From positions 471-64,470 of the forward strand of contig JAHFRV010000009.1 of assembly GCA_023266095.1 (NCBI GenBank): a DNA stretch of 64,000 bases, given 5' to 3'. Each line of letters starts with the position of its first letter. Position 1 is the first letter of the stretch. The notes under the pieces are model-generated. The model saw nothing but the letters and a program-made list of their open reading frames with translations, searched no databases and was not told the DNA's origin. The position numbers and the translations under genes are program-made. Source of the stretch: Gammaproteobacteria bacterium (GTDB lineage: Bacteria > Pseudomonadota > Gammaproteobacteria > DRLM01). Below are positions 33,710-42,858 of the stretch, piece by piece.

Positions 33710-34342
33710 TTACTCTTTCAACTCCTTGCGGGATTCCAACACGCCATCAATGATGCCGTATTCTTTGGCTTCTTTAGAACCCATGAAGTTGTCCCGGTCG
33801 GTATCCAAACGGATCTTCTCAAGCGGTTGCCCGGTATGTTTGGCCAAAATATTATTTAAACGTTCACGAATCAATAATATCTCGCGGGCGTGGATATCGA
33901 TGTCCGAGGCCTGACCTTGGAATCCGCCCAAAGGCTGATGAATCATCACCCGCGAGTGAGGCAGGCAGTAGCGCTTGCCCGCGGCACCGCCAGACAGAAG
34001 CAACGCGCCCATGCTGGCGGCCTGGCCGACACACAAGGTGCTGACGGCGGGTTTGATAAATTGCATGGTGTCGTAGATCGCCATACCCGCGGTTACCGAG
34101 CCTCCCGGTGAATTGATGTACAGATGGATGTCTTTGTCAGGGTTCTCGGATTCCAGAAATAACAGCTGCGCCACTATCAGGTTGGCCATGTAATCTTCCA
34201 CCGGTCCCACCAGGAATATCACCCGCTCTTTGAGCAAGCGTGAGTAAATATCGTAAGCTCGCTCGCCACGGGCGGATTGCTCAACCACCATGGGTACCAG
34301 ATTCAGCGCTCTGGTGGGCATTTTTTCACCGTTGTACATCAT
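33710..34342 (-). CDS. clpP: ATP-dependent Clp protease proteolytic subunit ClpP
   Basis: ...[57 protein letters not shown]..., catalytic Ser in [11 protein letters not shown]. Confidence 0.95.
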   Translation of the reverse strand: MMYNGEKMPTRALNLVPMVVEQSARGERAYDIYSRLLKERVIFLVGPVEDYMANLIVAQLLFLESENPDKDIHLYINSPGGSVTAGMAIYDTMQFIKPAVSTLCVGQAASMGALLLSGGAAGKRYCLPHSRVMIHQPLGGFQGQASDIDIHAREILLIRERLNNILAKHTGQPLEKIRLDTDRDNFMGSKEAKEYGIIDGVLESRKELKE

Positions 34343-34494
34343 ATCGGCTTATTTCCCTGTTTAATAATCAAAGAGGTGAATCTCACCCAGTTATCCTTAA
34401 ATAACAATTACTTTTATTTTCAAATCCTTAATATGCTTTCTTCAAGCTAAAAATGTTATCCGCGAACGCATCGCCCCCAGCTCACCGTTTACTG

Positions 34495-35751
34495 TTATTT
34501 GCCCACCAGTTCCGCAAACGGCGTCACTTGTTCAGTCACCTTACCCTGTTGAACCATCCATTCCACGGCTTGATCCTCCAGCAACAAGGCCTCTACATTG
34601 CTCAGACGCTCCCGACGCGCGTAATACCACTGTACAACTTCCTCGGGGCGCTCATAAGTGGCGGCCTGGGACTCGACCACCGCCCTCACCTTGGCGGGAT
34701 CGGCCTTGAACTGATTCTTCTTGATGATCTCGGCGATAATCAAGCCCAGGGCAACCCGGCGGCGCGCAAATGTTTCCATACCGTCACCCGCTTGCTTGCC
34801 GCCTTGTTCTCTCATGCGGGCGATTTCCTCATCAATCAAGGCCTTTGGCAGATCGAAAGTATTCGCCGCCAGCAAGGCATCCAACACTTGCCCTTTGACC
34901 CGGTCTTTAATCGCTTGGTCGAGTTCGCGTTCCATGGTGCCCTTGACCTCGGCGCGGAACGCATCGATCCCGCCATCTTGAATCCCGAAGTTCTTGATGA
35001 AATCGTCATTAAGTTCCGGTAGTTGGGCTGCATTCACCGACAACAGCTTAGTATCAAAATGGGCGGGCTTGCCCGCCAAATCGGTTACTCGGTAATCCGC
35101 GGGAAATCGAATATCAAAACCTACCTGGTCTCCCGCCTTGGCACCTATCAGACTGTCTTCGAATCCCGCGATTAAACTGCCTGACCCCAACACCACCGGG
35201 AAGGCGCTGGCCTTATTGCCCTCGAATTCCCCGCCCTCGACCCGGCCTTCGAAATCGATCACCACCCGATCGCCTTTTTGGGCGGCCCGCTCCACAGCCA
35301 CCCACGTCGCGCGCTGGTTACGCAGTTTCTCTACCATGACGTCAATGTCGGACTCGGTGATAGTCGTGACGGGCTTGGTCACTTGCATATTGTCCGGTAT
35401 TTTGACCTCGAACTCGGGGTACACCTCAAAGATCGCGGTATATTCCAGTCCGGCACCGGGGATATGGGTGCTTAGTTCAAACTGAGGCGTGCCGGCCGGA
35501 CGTAGCTTTTCCTGACTCAGGGCTAGGCTAAAGCTGGATTTAATCAAATCGTTGTGAACTTCCTGACGAACGGAGTATCCCCACTTACGTTCAGCCACTT
35601 TGAATGGAACCTTACCAGCGCGGAAACCATCCACTTTAGCACGACGGCTCAATGACTTAAGCCGGTTTTCGATTTCTTTATTAACCTGTTCGAGCGGCAA
35701 TGCCACGGTAAGCCGCCGCTCCAATCCATTCGCTTGCACCTGAACCTGCAT
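34495..35751 (-). CDS. tig: Trigger factor
   Basis: MQVQVQANGLERRLTVALPLEQVNKEIENRLKSLSRRAKVDGFRAGKVP matches the trigger-factor ribosome-binding domain (GFRxGxxP). A central FKBP domain is present. The start is internal to ORF 34495..35760. Confidence 0.92.
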   Translation of the reverse strand: MQVQVQANGLERRLTVALPLEQVNKEIENRLKSLSRRAKVDGFRAGKVPFKVAERKWGYSVRQEVHNDLIKSSFSLALSQEKLRPAGTPQFELSTHIPGAGLEYTAIFEVYPEFEVKIPDNMQVTKPVTTITESDIDVMVEKLRNQRATWVAVERAAQKGDRVVIDFEGRVEGGEFEGNKASAFPVVLGSGSLIAGFEDSLIGAKAGDQVGFDIRFPADYRVTDLAGKPAHFDTKLLSVNAAQLPELNDDFIKNFGIQDGGIDAFRAEVKGTMERELDQAIKDRVKGQVLDALLAANTFDLPKALIDEEIARMREQGGKQAGDGMETFARRRVALGLIIAEIIKKNQFKADPAKVRAVVESQAATYERPEEVVQWYYARRERLSNVEALLLEDQAVEWMVQQGKVTEQVTPFAELVGK

Positions 35752-35838
35752 GATCCTCAACCCTCATCTCTAAATTAATATATTCAGCTAGTTGCGACGA
35801 GCTTCGATGAGTCGGCATTAACTAGTATTCACTGCGAC

Positions 35839-35923
<85 letters not shown>

Positions 35924-36026
35924 TCAAAACCATTTATCACTCCGGCAGCCGGCGATTATACAAAATATTGACCTTTAAGGCGCTCATCACCCGTAAGGTC
36001 CGGAAAATTTTTCATGGTGACGGTAT

Positions 36027-37145
36027 TCATCCAGTTTCATCGCGCAAGTGAGCGCGATTTCGCCCCGCTTGTTTGGCGATGTAAAGAGCTTCGTCGACGC
36101 CCCGTAACCAATCCTCCGGCGCATCATCCTGCTTGATAGCGGCCACACCCACTGAAATCGTGAAGTGCAATTCGTTTGCGTCAGGCATGGGAATACGCGC
36201 GGCTCGAACCGCTTTCAAAAGGCGGTCGGCCAACATTTTACCCTCGGCGGCGGACGTGTCCTGCAGAATGACGATGAACTCATCGCCGGCATAACGCGCC
36301 ACAAAATCGGTCTTGCGGGGGAAGGTTCTCAACAGCACCCGGGCCATTTCCCCGATGACCGCGTCACCGGCCTGGTGGCCATGGTTATCATTGATGCCTT
36401 TGAAGTCATCCACGTCGACCATGATGAGGACAGCCGCCTGGCCGGACAGCAGACTGATCTCCACGGTTTTGGATAACATTTCGTCGAACGAACTGCGGTT
36501 GTAGAGGCGGGTCATCGGATCGAGCGCCATGGCCTGCTGCGCGGACACCAATTCGCCACGCAGTGACTTCAGCTGTTCACCGAGCAGTTCCATCTGGGCG
36601 GTCTGGCGCTTCCGCCGCTCTTCCAGGGTGCGGCCGATCAGTACCAGACTACCAACCACCTCCCGCCGCAAGGCGTCGATGGAGTTGGTTTCCAAGGCCT
36701 GCTTGAGGTGATCGAGCTGCGCGTTCACCGCCTTATCGGCGGTCTGGTCATCGACAAAGGTGGCGCGCAGACCATGGATGAATACCCACAACATATCGCG
36801 GAAATCACCGATGCGGGTGTTAACGAATTCCTGTTCGCCGCGCCGCACGTCGCTAAAAAAACGCCGCACCCCTTCCCAGTCACGTTTTTCGATGGACATT
36901 GCCACGGCCTTCGCATCAGTCCCCGGTGCGGCTGATCCGATCAGGATATGCCGGGCCCATTGCTCGCATAGCTCGTTAAGCTCGCCCGCGGTCATTTTTT
37001 CAGTGGCGATTGCATAACGGCCGAAAGTGCGCAACAAGGTCGCCGCTAAATCCAGCGCAGGGTGATCGGCCGGTATCGCGGTGGACGCAGTGGAAGAAGA
37101 CACGGCTGGTTTTTTTGTATGCTCGTCGGGCATGGTAAACACCAT
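36027..37145 (-). CDS. Diguanylate cyclase (GGDEF domain) with uncharacterised N-terminal sensory domain
   Basis: The C-terminal GGDEF domain (RYAGDEFIVIL active-site motif, DxLT-like LDPMTRLYNRSSFDE) is preceded by ~200 aa with no recognised domain. Confidence 0.8.
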   Translation of the reverse strand: MVFTMPDEHTKKPAVSSSTASTAIPADHPALDLAATLLRTFGRYAIATEKMTAGELNELCEQWARHILIGSAAPGTDAKAVAMSIEKRDWEGVRRFFSDVRRGEQEFVNTRIGDFRDMLWVFIHGLRATFVDDQTADKAVNAQLDHLKQALETNSIDALRREVVGSLVLIGRTLEERRKRQTAQMELLGEQLKSLRGELVSAQQAMALDPMTRLYNRSSFDEMLSKTVEISLLSGQAAVLIMVDVDDFKGINDNHGHQAGDAVIGEMARVLLRTFPRKTDFVARYAGDEFIVILQDTSAAEGKMLADRLLKAVRAARIPMPDANELHFTISVGVAAIKQDDAPEDWLRGVDEALYIAKQAGRNRAHLRDETG

Positions 37146-37222
37146 AGGCCAATTATCGGACGATTAGCATGCCTTTATTATCATCAGTCGCGCAAGGAGA
37201 TTGAGATAGGCGACTAACTATT

Positions 37223-37298
37223 TGGTGGGCCATGTAGGACTTGAACCTACAACCAACGGATTAAGAGTCCGCTGCTCTACCAATTGAGCTAATGGCCC
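37223..37298 (-). tRNA. tRNA-Lys (CTT)
   Basis: rc: GGGCCATTAGCTCAATTGGTAGAGCAGCGGACTCTTAATCCGTTGGTTGTAGGTTCAAGTCCTACATGGCCCACCA. Confidence 0.88.
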
Positions 37299-37315
37299 GC
37301 AACACAACTTGAAAG

Positions 37316-37392
37316 TGGGGTGGACGACGGGACTCGAACCCGCGACAACCGGAATCACAATCCGGGGCTCTACCAACTGAGCTACGCCCACC
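37316..37392 (-). tRNA. tRNA-His (GTG)
   Basis: rc: GGTGGGCGTAGCTCAGTTGGTAGAGCCCCGGATTGTGATTCCGGTTGTCGCGGGTTCGAGTCCCGTCGTCCACCCCA. Has the G-1 extra 5' nucleotide and ends CCACCCCA, typical of tRNA-His. Confidence 0.9.
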
Positions 37393-37438
37393 ATTAAACC
37401 CGTTCGCGAACAGCGCGCGCGCATCATATCACGAAGAT

Positions 37439-37515
37439 TGGCGCGCCCGGCAGGACTCGAACCTGCTACCCTCGGCTTAGAAGGCCGATGCTCTGTCCGG
37501 ATGAGCTACGGGCGC
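37439..37515 (-). tRNA. tRNA-Arg (TCT)
   Basis: rc: GCGCCCGTAGCTCATCCGGACAGAGCATCGGCCTTCTAAGCCGAGGGTAGCAGGTTCGAGTCCTGCCGGGCGCGCCA. Confidence 0.88.
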
Positions 37516-37679
37516 AGACATTGTGAACAGCCGCTTGCCCTTCCCTGCTGCTGCTTCACCGCTTGAACTCGAACTCCAATCACAATTTTGGCTGATCGGC
37601 GCCGCGTTCACACGTCAAATCCTTACACGACACCAGCGGCCTAGCATTGCGTGGTGGCCTTACGGGTACACCCATTAAG

Positions 37680-37756
37680 TGGTCGGGGTAGAGGGATTCG
37701 AACCCACGACTTCCTGCTCCCAAAGCAGGCGCGCTACCAGACTGCGCTATACCCCG
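37680..37756 (-). tRNA. tRNA-Pro (TGG)
   Basis: rc: CGGGGTATAGCGCAGTCTGGTAGCGCGCCTGCTTTGGGAGCAGGAAGTCGTGGGTTCGAATCCCTCTACCCCGACCA. Confidence 0.88.
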
Positions 37757-37870
37757 CTCATCCCTTCACAAGGTGGTCTTGAAGCCCTCGCGAGACTCAG
37801 GTCCGTGCGAAGTCGGCGATGATACGCATCCCCCGCCACCACGTCAATTTCTCGCGGATCACGGACGGCG

Positions 37871-39031
37871 TCAGGGTGACACCCGTAAGGTGCGCCACGC
37901 CAGCAACCACGCCAAACCGCTGATTAGCGCCGCGGTGACGTAACTGACAGTAGATCCTGCTGCGTCCCAGGTGAAGCCGCTATACAAGGCACCCAAAGCC
38001 CCGCCCGCGCCAAAACTCAGGCTACTATATAAAGCCTGGCCGCGTCCTTGATGACGTCCTTGAAAATAACGGTGTATCAATTGAATCGCTGCGCCGTGAA
38101 ACACCCCGAAGGTTGCGGCATGTAAGAGCTGCGCACCCACCAACACCGGCAAATTGTCCACAAACCAAGCGATCAGCAACCAGCGCAGCCCCGCCAACGC
38201 TACACTGGCCAGCAACAGCTTACGCAAACCGAAACGCGGCACGAGTCGGTGCATTATCAGGAATATTCCCACCTCGGCGATCACTCCCAACGCCCATAAT
38301 TGGCCGATCAGACTGCGGGAATAGCCGTGGCCTTCGAGATAAATCGTATAAAACGTGTAGTAAGGTCCGTGACTGGCCTGCATCAAAAAACACACACCCA
38401 GCAGCGCCACCACCTGCGGCTGCCGCAACACCTTCCCCAGCGGCTCGGCGCTAGCCGTCAGCACTGGCGCGACTCGCTCCGACACCCACAAAGTGCTCAG
38501 CCATATGCCTGCGAACAGCAACAACAAGGCCATGGGCAACAAACCGGTGCCGTAACGGTCGAGCAACATACCCAAACCCGCCACGGCGGCGATGAAGCCG
38601 ATCGACCCCCACAGACGGATACTGGTGTAGCGATGGGGCTGAGCGCCGAGATGATTGAGGGTGATGACTTCAAATTGCGGCAGCGCCGCGTTCCAGAAAA
38701 AACTGAAAGCGATCATGACCAGCGCCAACCACCAGAATTCATCGCCCAGCAATACCCCGGCGAAGCTCAGCATGGCGACGAAGGACCCCAGGCGTACGAT
38801 ACGCAGGCGTCGGCCGGTATGGTCGGCGATCCAGCCCCAGACATTGGGCGAGACGATCTTGGTCATCATCATCAGCGCCATCAACTGGCCGATGGCTGCC
38901 GCAGAATAGCCGAGGTTCTCCAAATAGAGCGACCAATACGGCAACAGCGCGCCGAGGGAGGCGAAATAAAACAGATAAAAACCCGAGAGCCGCCAATAAG
39001 GCGCCGGCGTGGGTGACTCGCTGGAATTCAA
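37871..39031 (-). CDS. MFS transporter (MFS_1-like / phenylpropionate-permease-like)
   Basis: 386 aa with 12 predicted TM helices. The D(H)TGRRL motif (ADHTGRRLRIVR) sits between TM2 and TM3. Confidence 0.75.
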   Translation of the reverse strand: MNSSESPTPAPYWRLSGFYLFYFASLGALLPYWSLYLENLGYSAAAIGQLMALMMMTKIVSPNVWGWIADHTGRRLRIVRLGSFVAMLSFAGVLLGDEFWWLALVMIAFSFFWNAALPQFEVITLNHLGAQPHRYTSIRLWGSIGFIAAVAGLGMLLDRYGTGLLPMALLLLFAGIWLSTLWVSERVAPVLTASAEPLGKVLRQPQVVALLGVCFLMQASHGPYYTFYTIYLEGHGYSRSLIGQLWALGVIAEVGIFLIMHRLVPRFGLRKLLLASVALAGLRWLLIAWFVDNLPVLVGAQLLHAATFGVFHGAAIQLIHRYFQGRHQGRGQALYSSLSFGAGGALGALYSGFTWDAAGSTVSYVTAALISGLAWLLAWRTLRVSP

Positions 39032-39066
39032 TTGCGGGAAGGGCGCGGCACGGCCGAGGCCGCCCG

Positions 39067-40182
39067 CTATTCCGCGCCCGGCGCGCGAGCGGGGATCACC
39101 GGCGTGCCCGAACGCACGTCCAGATTCTGCGCGCGGTGGCGCAGACAGTGATCCATCAAGACCAGCGCCAGCATGGCCTCGGCGATGGGTGTGGCGCGGA
39201 TACCGACGCAGGGATCATGACGGCCGGTGGTGATGACGTCGACCGGTTCACCGTGGATGTCGACGCTGCGGCCCGGCAGACGCAGGCTCGAGGTCGGCTT
39301 CAGCGCAAGACTGGCGAGGATGTCCTGCCCCGTCGAAATGCCGCCCAGTATCCCGCCCGCGTTATTGCTCAAAAAACCTTGCGGCGTGATCTCGTCGCGA
39401 TGTTGCGTGCCCTTCTGTCCGACACATGCGAAACCGGCACCGACCTCGACACCCTTCACGGCGTTGATGCACATCAACGCCTTGGCGATGTCGGCGTCGA
39501 GGCGATCGAACACCGGTTCGCCCCAGCCCGGCGGCACACCGGTGGCCACCACGTTGATGCGCGCGCCGATGGAATCGCCTTCCTTGCGCAAAGCATCCAT
39601 GTAGGCTTCAAGCTCCGTTATTTTGTTCGCATCAGGGCAAAAGAAGAAATTGTTGTTGACCTCTTCCCAATCGAAAGTCTGGTCATCGGTACGGATCGGT
39701 CCGAGCTGGGCCAGGTAACCGCGAATCTCCACCCCGTAGCGTTCACGCAGGTATTTTTTGGCGATGGCCCCCGCGGCCACCCGCAGCGCGGTCTCGCGCG
39801 CCGAGGAACGGCCGCCGCCCCGATAATCGCGGAAGCCGTATTTCTGTTGATAGGTATAGTCGGCATGGCCGGGACGAAATTGCTCGGCGATCTTGGAATA
39901 ATCCTTGGAACGCTGATCTTCGTTGTGAATCAGCAGACCGATGGGCGTGCCGGTAGTCTTGCCCTCGAACACCCCGGAGAGTATCTGCACCGCGTCGGGT
40001 TCGCGGCGCTGGGTGGTGTGGCGCGAGGTGCCGGGCTTGCGGCGGTCCAGATCATGCTGAATATCGGCGGCGGATAACACCATCCCCGGCGGACAACCAT
40101 CCACGATGGCGCCCAGCGCCGGGCCGTGGCTTTCGCCGAAAGTAGTGACAGTGAACAGGGTTCCGAAGGTGTTTCCAGACAT
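39067..40182 (-). CDS. aroC: Chorismate synthase
   Basis: [34 protein letters not shown]...[17 protein letters not shown] is the canonical AroC N-terminus. 371 aa. Confidence 0.95.
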   Translation of the reverse strand: MSGNTFGTLFTVTTFGESHGPALGAIVDGCPPGMVLSAADIQHDLDRRKPGTSRHTTQRREPDAVQILSGVFEGKTTGTPIGLLIHNEDQRSKDYSKIAEQFRPGHADYTYQQKYGFRDYRGGGRSSARETALRVAAGAIAKKYLRERYGVEIRGYLAQLGPIRTDDQTFDWEEVNNNFFFCPDANKITELEAYMDALRKEGDSIGARINVVATGVPPGWGEPVFDRLDADIAKALMCINAVKGVEVGAGFACVGQKGTQHRDEITPQGFLSNNAGGILGGISTGQDILASLALKPTSSLRLPGRSVDIHGEPVDVITTGRHDPCVGIRATPIAEAMLALVLMDHCLRHRAQNLDVRSGTPVIPARAPGAE

Positions 40183-40470
40183 GGGGGGCTATTGTAGCGG
40201 GGAATAACGGGAACGTCTCGCCCCCATGACAAAAAAGTGGAGCAGGCCTCATGCCTAAGCACCAGACGAATTGAAGAAGTTAGCTCTGATGAATTCTTAT
40301 ACGTTCATCCCGGCGAAAGCGGAAATAACTGGACTTCCAGTGTAACTTGCCCTGCACCTGGAGTGACGAGTTAACCAGAGCTGACACAACAAAAACGCTT
40401 AGCCAGGTGAACAGCTGCAATCGACGATCACCAGCGTCCCAACCCGGCCGAGCATCGTATTCCAGCTGAA

Positions 40471-41475
40471 TTAATTCCCCCCACCACTCGGCGGCGGGAA
40501 GGGCATGGTCGGCATGACGCCGAACATATTGTCCCAAGAATACGGACGGCCTGGAGCGTCTTCCTTGTTCCAGGTGCGGGTACCGGGTACCGTGTCATTC
40601 AAATTATCGTAGGACTGGTAGCCCATGCTGGTCTGGCCTTCCGCACCGGTATAGTACTGACCGAACCACGTCACTTGAGCATCACCACCCGCGGTAAATG
40701 CAGGGATAGTCGACGTACTGCCACTACCACCGGTCACGCCGCCACCCAGCCTGCCGGGATTGAGATCCCCGGCGCGACGCCGTCGATCGAAGCGCATAAC
40801 ATCGTTAGGCATATTCTCGACCGCCTTGAGGGGATCGTAAAACCGCAGATTGATACCCAATTGGCCGATGTCCCAGGCTACGCCGGTTTGATTGCCGGCG
40901 GCGTTTACATTCTGGGCAAACCAGAAGTCATTAGCCCATTGGACGCCCGGCAGATTGCTGTCATTGTGCTGTTTGATCTCCACCGTCCGGTTGGTGCTAT
41001 CGTCGGCCCAGCCGGTGTGTATCAGCGTCGTGAGATTGAACGGACCTTGGTTGACCAACGCCGCCCCATCAGTAATGGTTTGTTTAAGGGCTATGCCACT
41101 GACACTTCCCGCACTGGTTATTAAATTACTCTCTCCAGGAACAGTCGGTGTGCCGTTCACTGAATCGGCGCTGGTCCATCCCTGCCTGACAAAGCTTTCA
41201 CTGGAAAAAGACAAGGTGCTGGCGGTGCCTGTCGCGTTAGCATTGGTGATGACGCTTTGAATAAATTTCCCGTCGCTGGCGTTGATCTCCCGCTGCAGCA
41301 TACCGGGCGCTTGCAAGGGTGATGTACTACACGTCACGCCTGTCGTACATTGGGCTGTAATGGTGCCATTATTTACCGACCATTGATCAAATGGCATGGG
41401 CGCTGCGGTGAACACCGTCATCGGTGCGGCCGCAGTCATCGTGCCGAGCAATGTTACTACGAGACGTTTAGCCAT
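40471..41475 (-). CDS. Secreted protein of unrecognised family, paralog A
   Basis: Signal peptide MAKRLVVTLLGTMTAAAPMTVFTAA. Mature ~310 aa, Gly/Ser/Thr/Asn-rich, Cys pair (TAQCTTGVTC). It ends ...PFPPPSGGGN. Clearly paralogous to the adjacent gene (PFD(Q/G)WS(V/A)N(N/S)GTI, TGWA(D/A)D, QS(Y/L)DNLND(T/N)). The start was chosen within ORF 40471..41538. Confidence 0.6.
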   Translation of the reverse strand: MAKRLVVTLLGTMTAAAPMTVFTAAPMPFDQWSVNNGTITAQCTTGVTCSTSPLQAPGMLQREINASDGKFIQSVITNANATGTASTLSFSSESFVRQGWTSADSVNGTPTVPGESNLITSAGSVSGIALKQTITDGAALVNQGPFNLTTLIHTGWADDSTNRTVEIKQHNDSNLPGVQWANDFWFAQNVNAAGNQTGVAWDIGQLGINLRFYDPLKAVENMPNDVMRFDRRRRAGDLNPGRLGGGVTGGSGSTSTIPAFTAGGDAQVTWFGQYYTGAEGQTSMGYQSYDNLNDTVPGTRTWNKEDAPGRPYSWDNMFGVMPTMPFPPPSGGGN

Positions 41476-41546
41476 TGTCTGTCTCCCCAAGCTTGTTATC
41501 GCGCCGCGTGCTCGCAGCCACATTTTATTGATTAACACTAATCTTA

Positions 41547-41574
41547 TCTTAAGATTTAACTCTTAAGATTTAAC
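41547..41574. promoter_or_regulatory. Tandem 14-bp direct repeat (tcttaagatttaac x2) in the paralog B-A intergenic region
   Basis: Exact tandem duplication at 41547-60 and 41561-74. AT-rich, overlaps the stop codon of paralog B, and lies ~75 nt upstream of the paralog A start. Candidate operator/processing site. Confidence 0.3.
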
Positions 41575-42637
41575 CGCCACCACTGGTGTTTCCAGTGGGA
41601 ATAGCCGGCATGACCGGCGCTGGCCCAAAGGGATTTACCCACCAGGTAAAGGGACCGGGGGCATTAAATTCGAAATAGCGGCTAATGGGGGTGTTGTCGT
41701 TCAAGTTATCCAGCGATTGGAAACCTTGCGCAAGCCTACAACGCCCACGGGGGCGGTTTTCAATTTTACACTCACCGTCATTGCGCATCAGCTGGCCGCC
41801 CCACATGGTCGATACGGTGTCTCCCGCAGCCCACGTGATGGACTGGCCGTTTTTGAGGGCCGCGCTACCAGCGGCGGGAAGCATATTACCGCCCACTCGC
41901 CGAATGGCGACCGCCTGGCCGTCACGAAAAGTAGTACTCGTACCACCACCGCCTTCACCGCCACTCTCATCCGCCCCCACCGGCTGGACAAACAGCGTAT
42001 CGTAGTTCATGCGGTTGCCGATCTGGAGTCCGTTACTGTCATTATTACTCTGGATCGTCGTTTTGGCATCGTAGGTTTTACCCGTATTAGAGACCTCGCG
42101 TATCGTTTGCGTGATATCAACATTGGGCTGACCCGCGTCGGCCGCCCAGCCGGTTCTGATGACCGCAATATAATCGAAATTCTGAGTGGCATTGGACGTG
42201 ACATTTTGAAGTTTGATCGCTTGTTTACCGGCGATACCAAAGGCGGAAGCCGAATTCTGCTGCGAGCCCGGCGGCGGCGCCGAGGAACCCGTACCAGTCA
42301 CGCCAGCCGCCCTCACAAAACCTTCATCGTTAAATGTCAGACCGGAGAGGGGTGTACCGGTAGCCGTGGAGCCCGCAACGATGGTTTGAACATAGGTAAG
42401 CGCCCCAGGCGTGTTACCGGTGATAGACCGCTGTAAGAAACCCGGGGAAGAACCGACTATCTCACATCTGAAACCACTCGCACAGGTTGCGGCTATCGTG
42501 CCGCTGTTCGCCGACCAACCGTCGAAAGGAACGGGTGGCCCAGCGAATACGGAGAGGGGTGTCAGCGCTAATAAATACGCCACATTGTTCAGTATCCAAG
42601 CCGGAAGCTTATTATTTTCGCAGTTCATATTTGCCAC
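41570..42637 (-). CDS. Secreted protein of unrecognised family, paralog B
   Basis: N-terminal signal peptide (…AWILNNVAYLLALTPLSVFAGP), Cys pair (AATCASGFRC), Gly-rich stretches (ESGGEGGGGTS). It ends ...PTGNTSGGG. Same length (355 aa) and shared motifs with paralog A. Confidence 0.6.
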   Translation of the reverse strand: MANMNCENNKLPAWILNNVAYLLALTPLSVFAGPPVPFDGWSANSGTIAATCASGFRCEIVGSSPGFLQRSITGNTPGALTYVQTIVAGSTATGTPLSGLTFNDEGFVRAAGVTGTGSSAPPPGSQQNSASAFGIAGKQAIKLQNVTSNATQNFDYIAVIRTGWAADAGQPNVDITQTIREVSNTGKTYDAKTTIQSNNDSNGLQIGNRMNYDTLFVQPVGADESGGEGGGGTSTTFRDGQAVAIRRVGGNMLPAAGSAALKNGQSITWAAGDTVSTMWGGQLMRNDGECKIENRPRGRCRLAQGFQSLDNLNDNTPISRYFEFNAPGPFTWWVNPFGPAPVMPAIPTGNTSGGG

Positions 42638-42858
42638 CCGATTTATTTATCGTTAGGGTTCTTGACCACGTGCGCAGCTGCGGCTGCAAACCAGTTCAGT
42701 GACCACCCTTATACCCCACCTTCTCCACCCAACCTTCGCCCTTCCCTGGTATTGGCTGAAATGTCCCCCCGCCTTATAAATTTGTTTAGCGCAGCTAGGG
42801 CTAAGCCTCTTTCCTATTCAACACATTCCGGGCGAAGGAACGCAAGGCCTACGCAGCC

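Noticed and set aside
40280-40537. 85-aa minus-strand ORF overlapping the 3' end of secreted paralog A in another frame, containing a hydrophobic stretch (LFTWLSVFVVSALV) and basic tail (RFRRDERIR) that could mimic a lost sorting tail after a frameshift.
   Set aside because: It does not resemble PEP-CTERM/GlyGly-CTERM spacing. Paralog B also ends right after GGG without such a downstream frame, so coincidence is more likely than a frameshifted tail. It is mentioned only as a check for sequencing errors.
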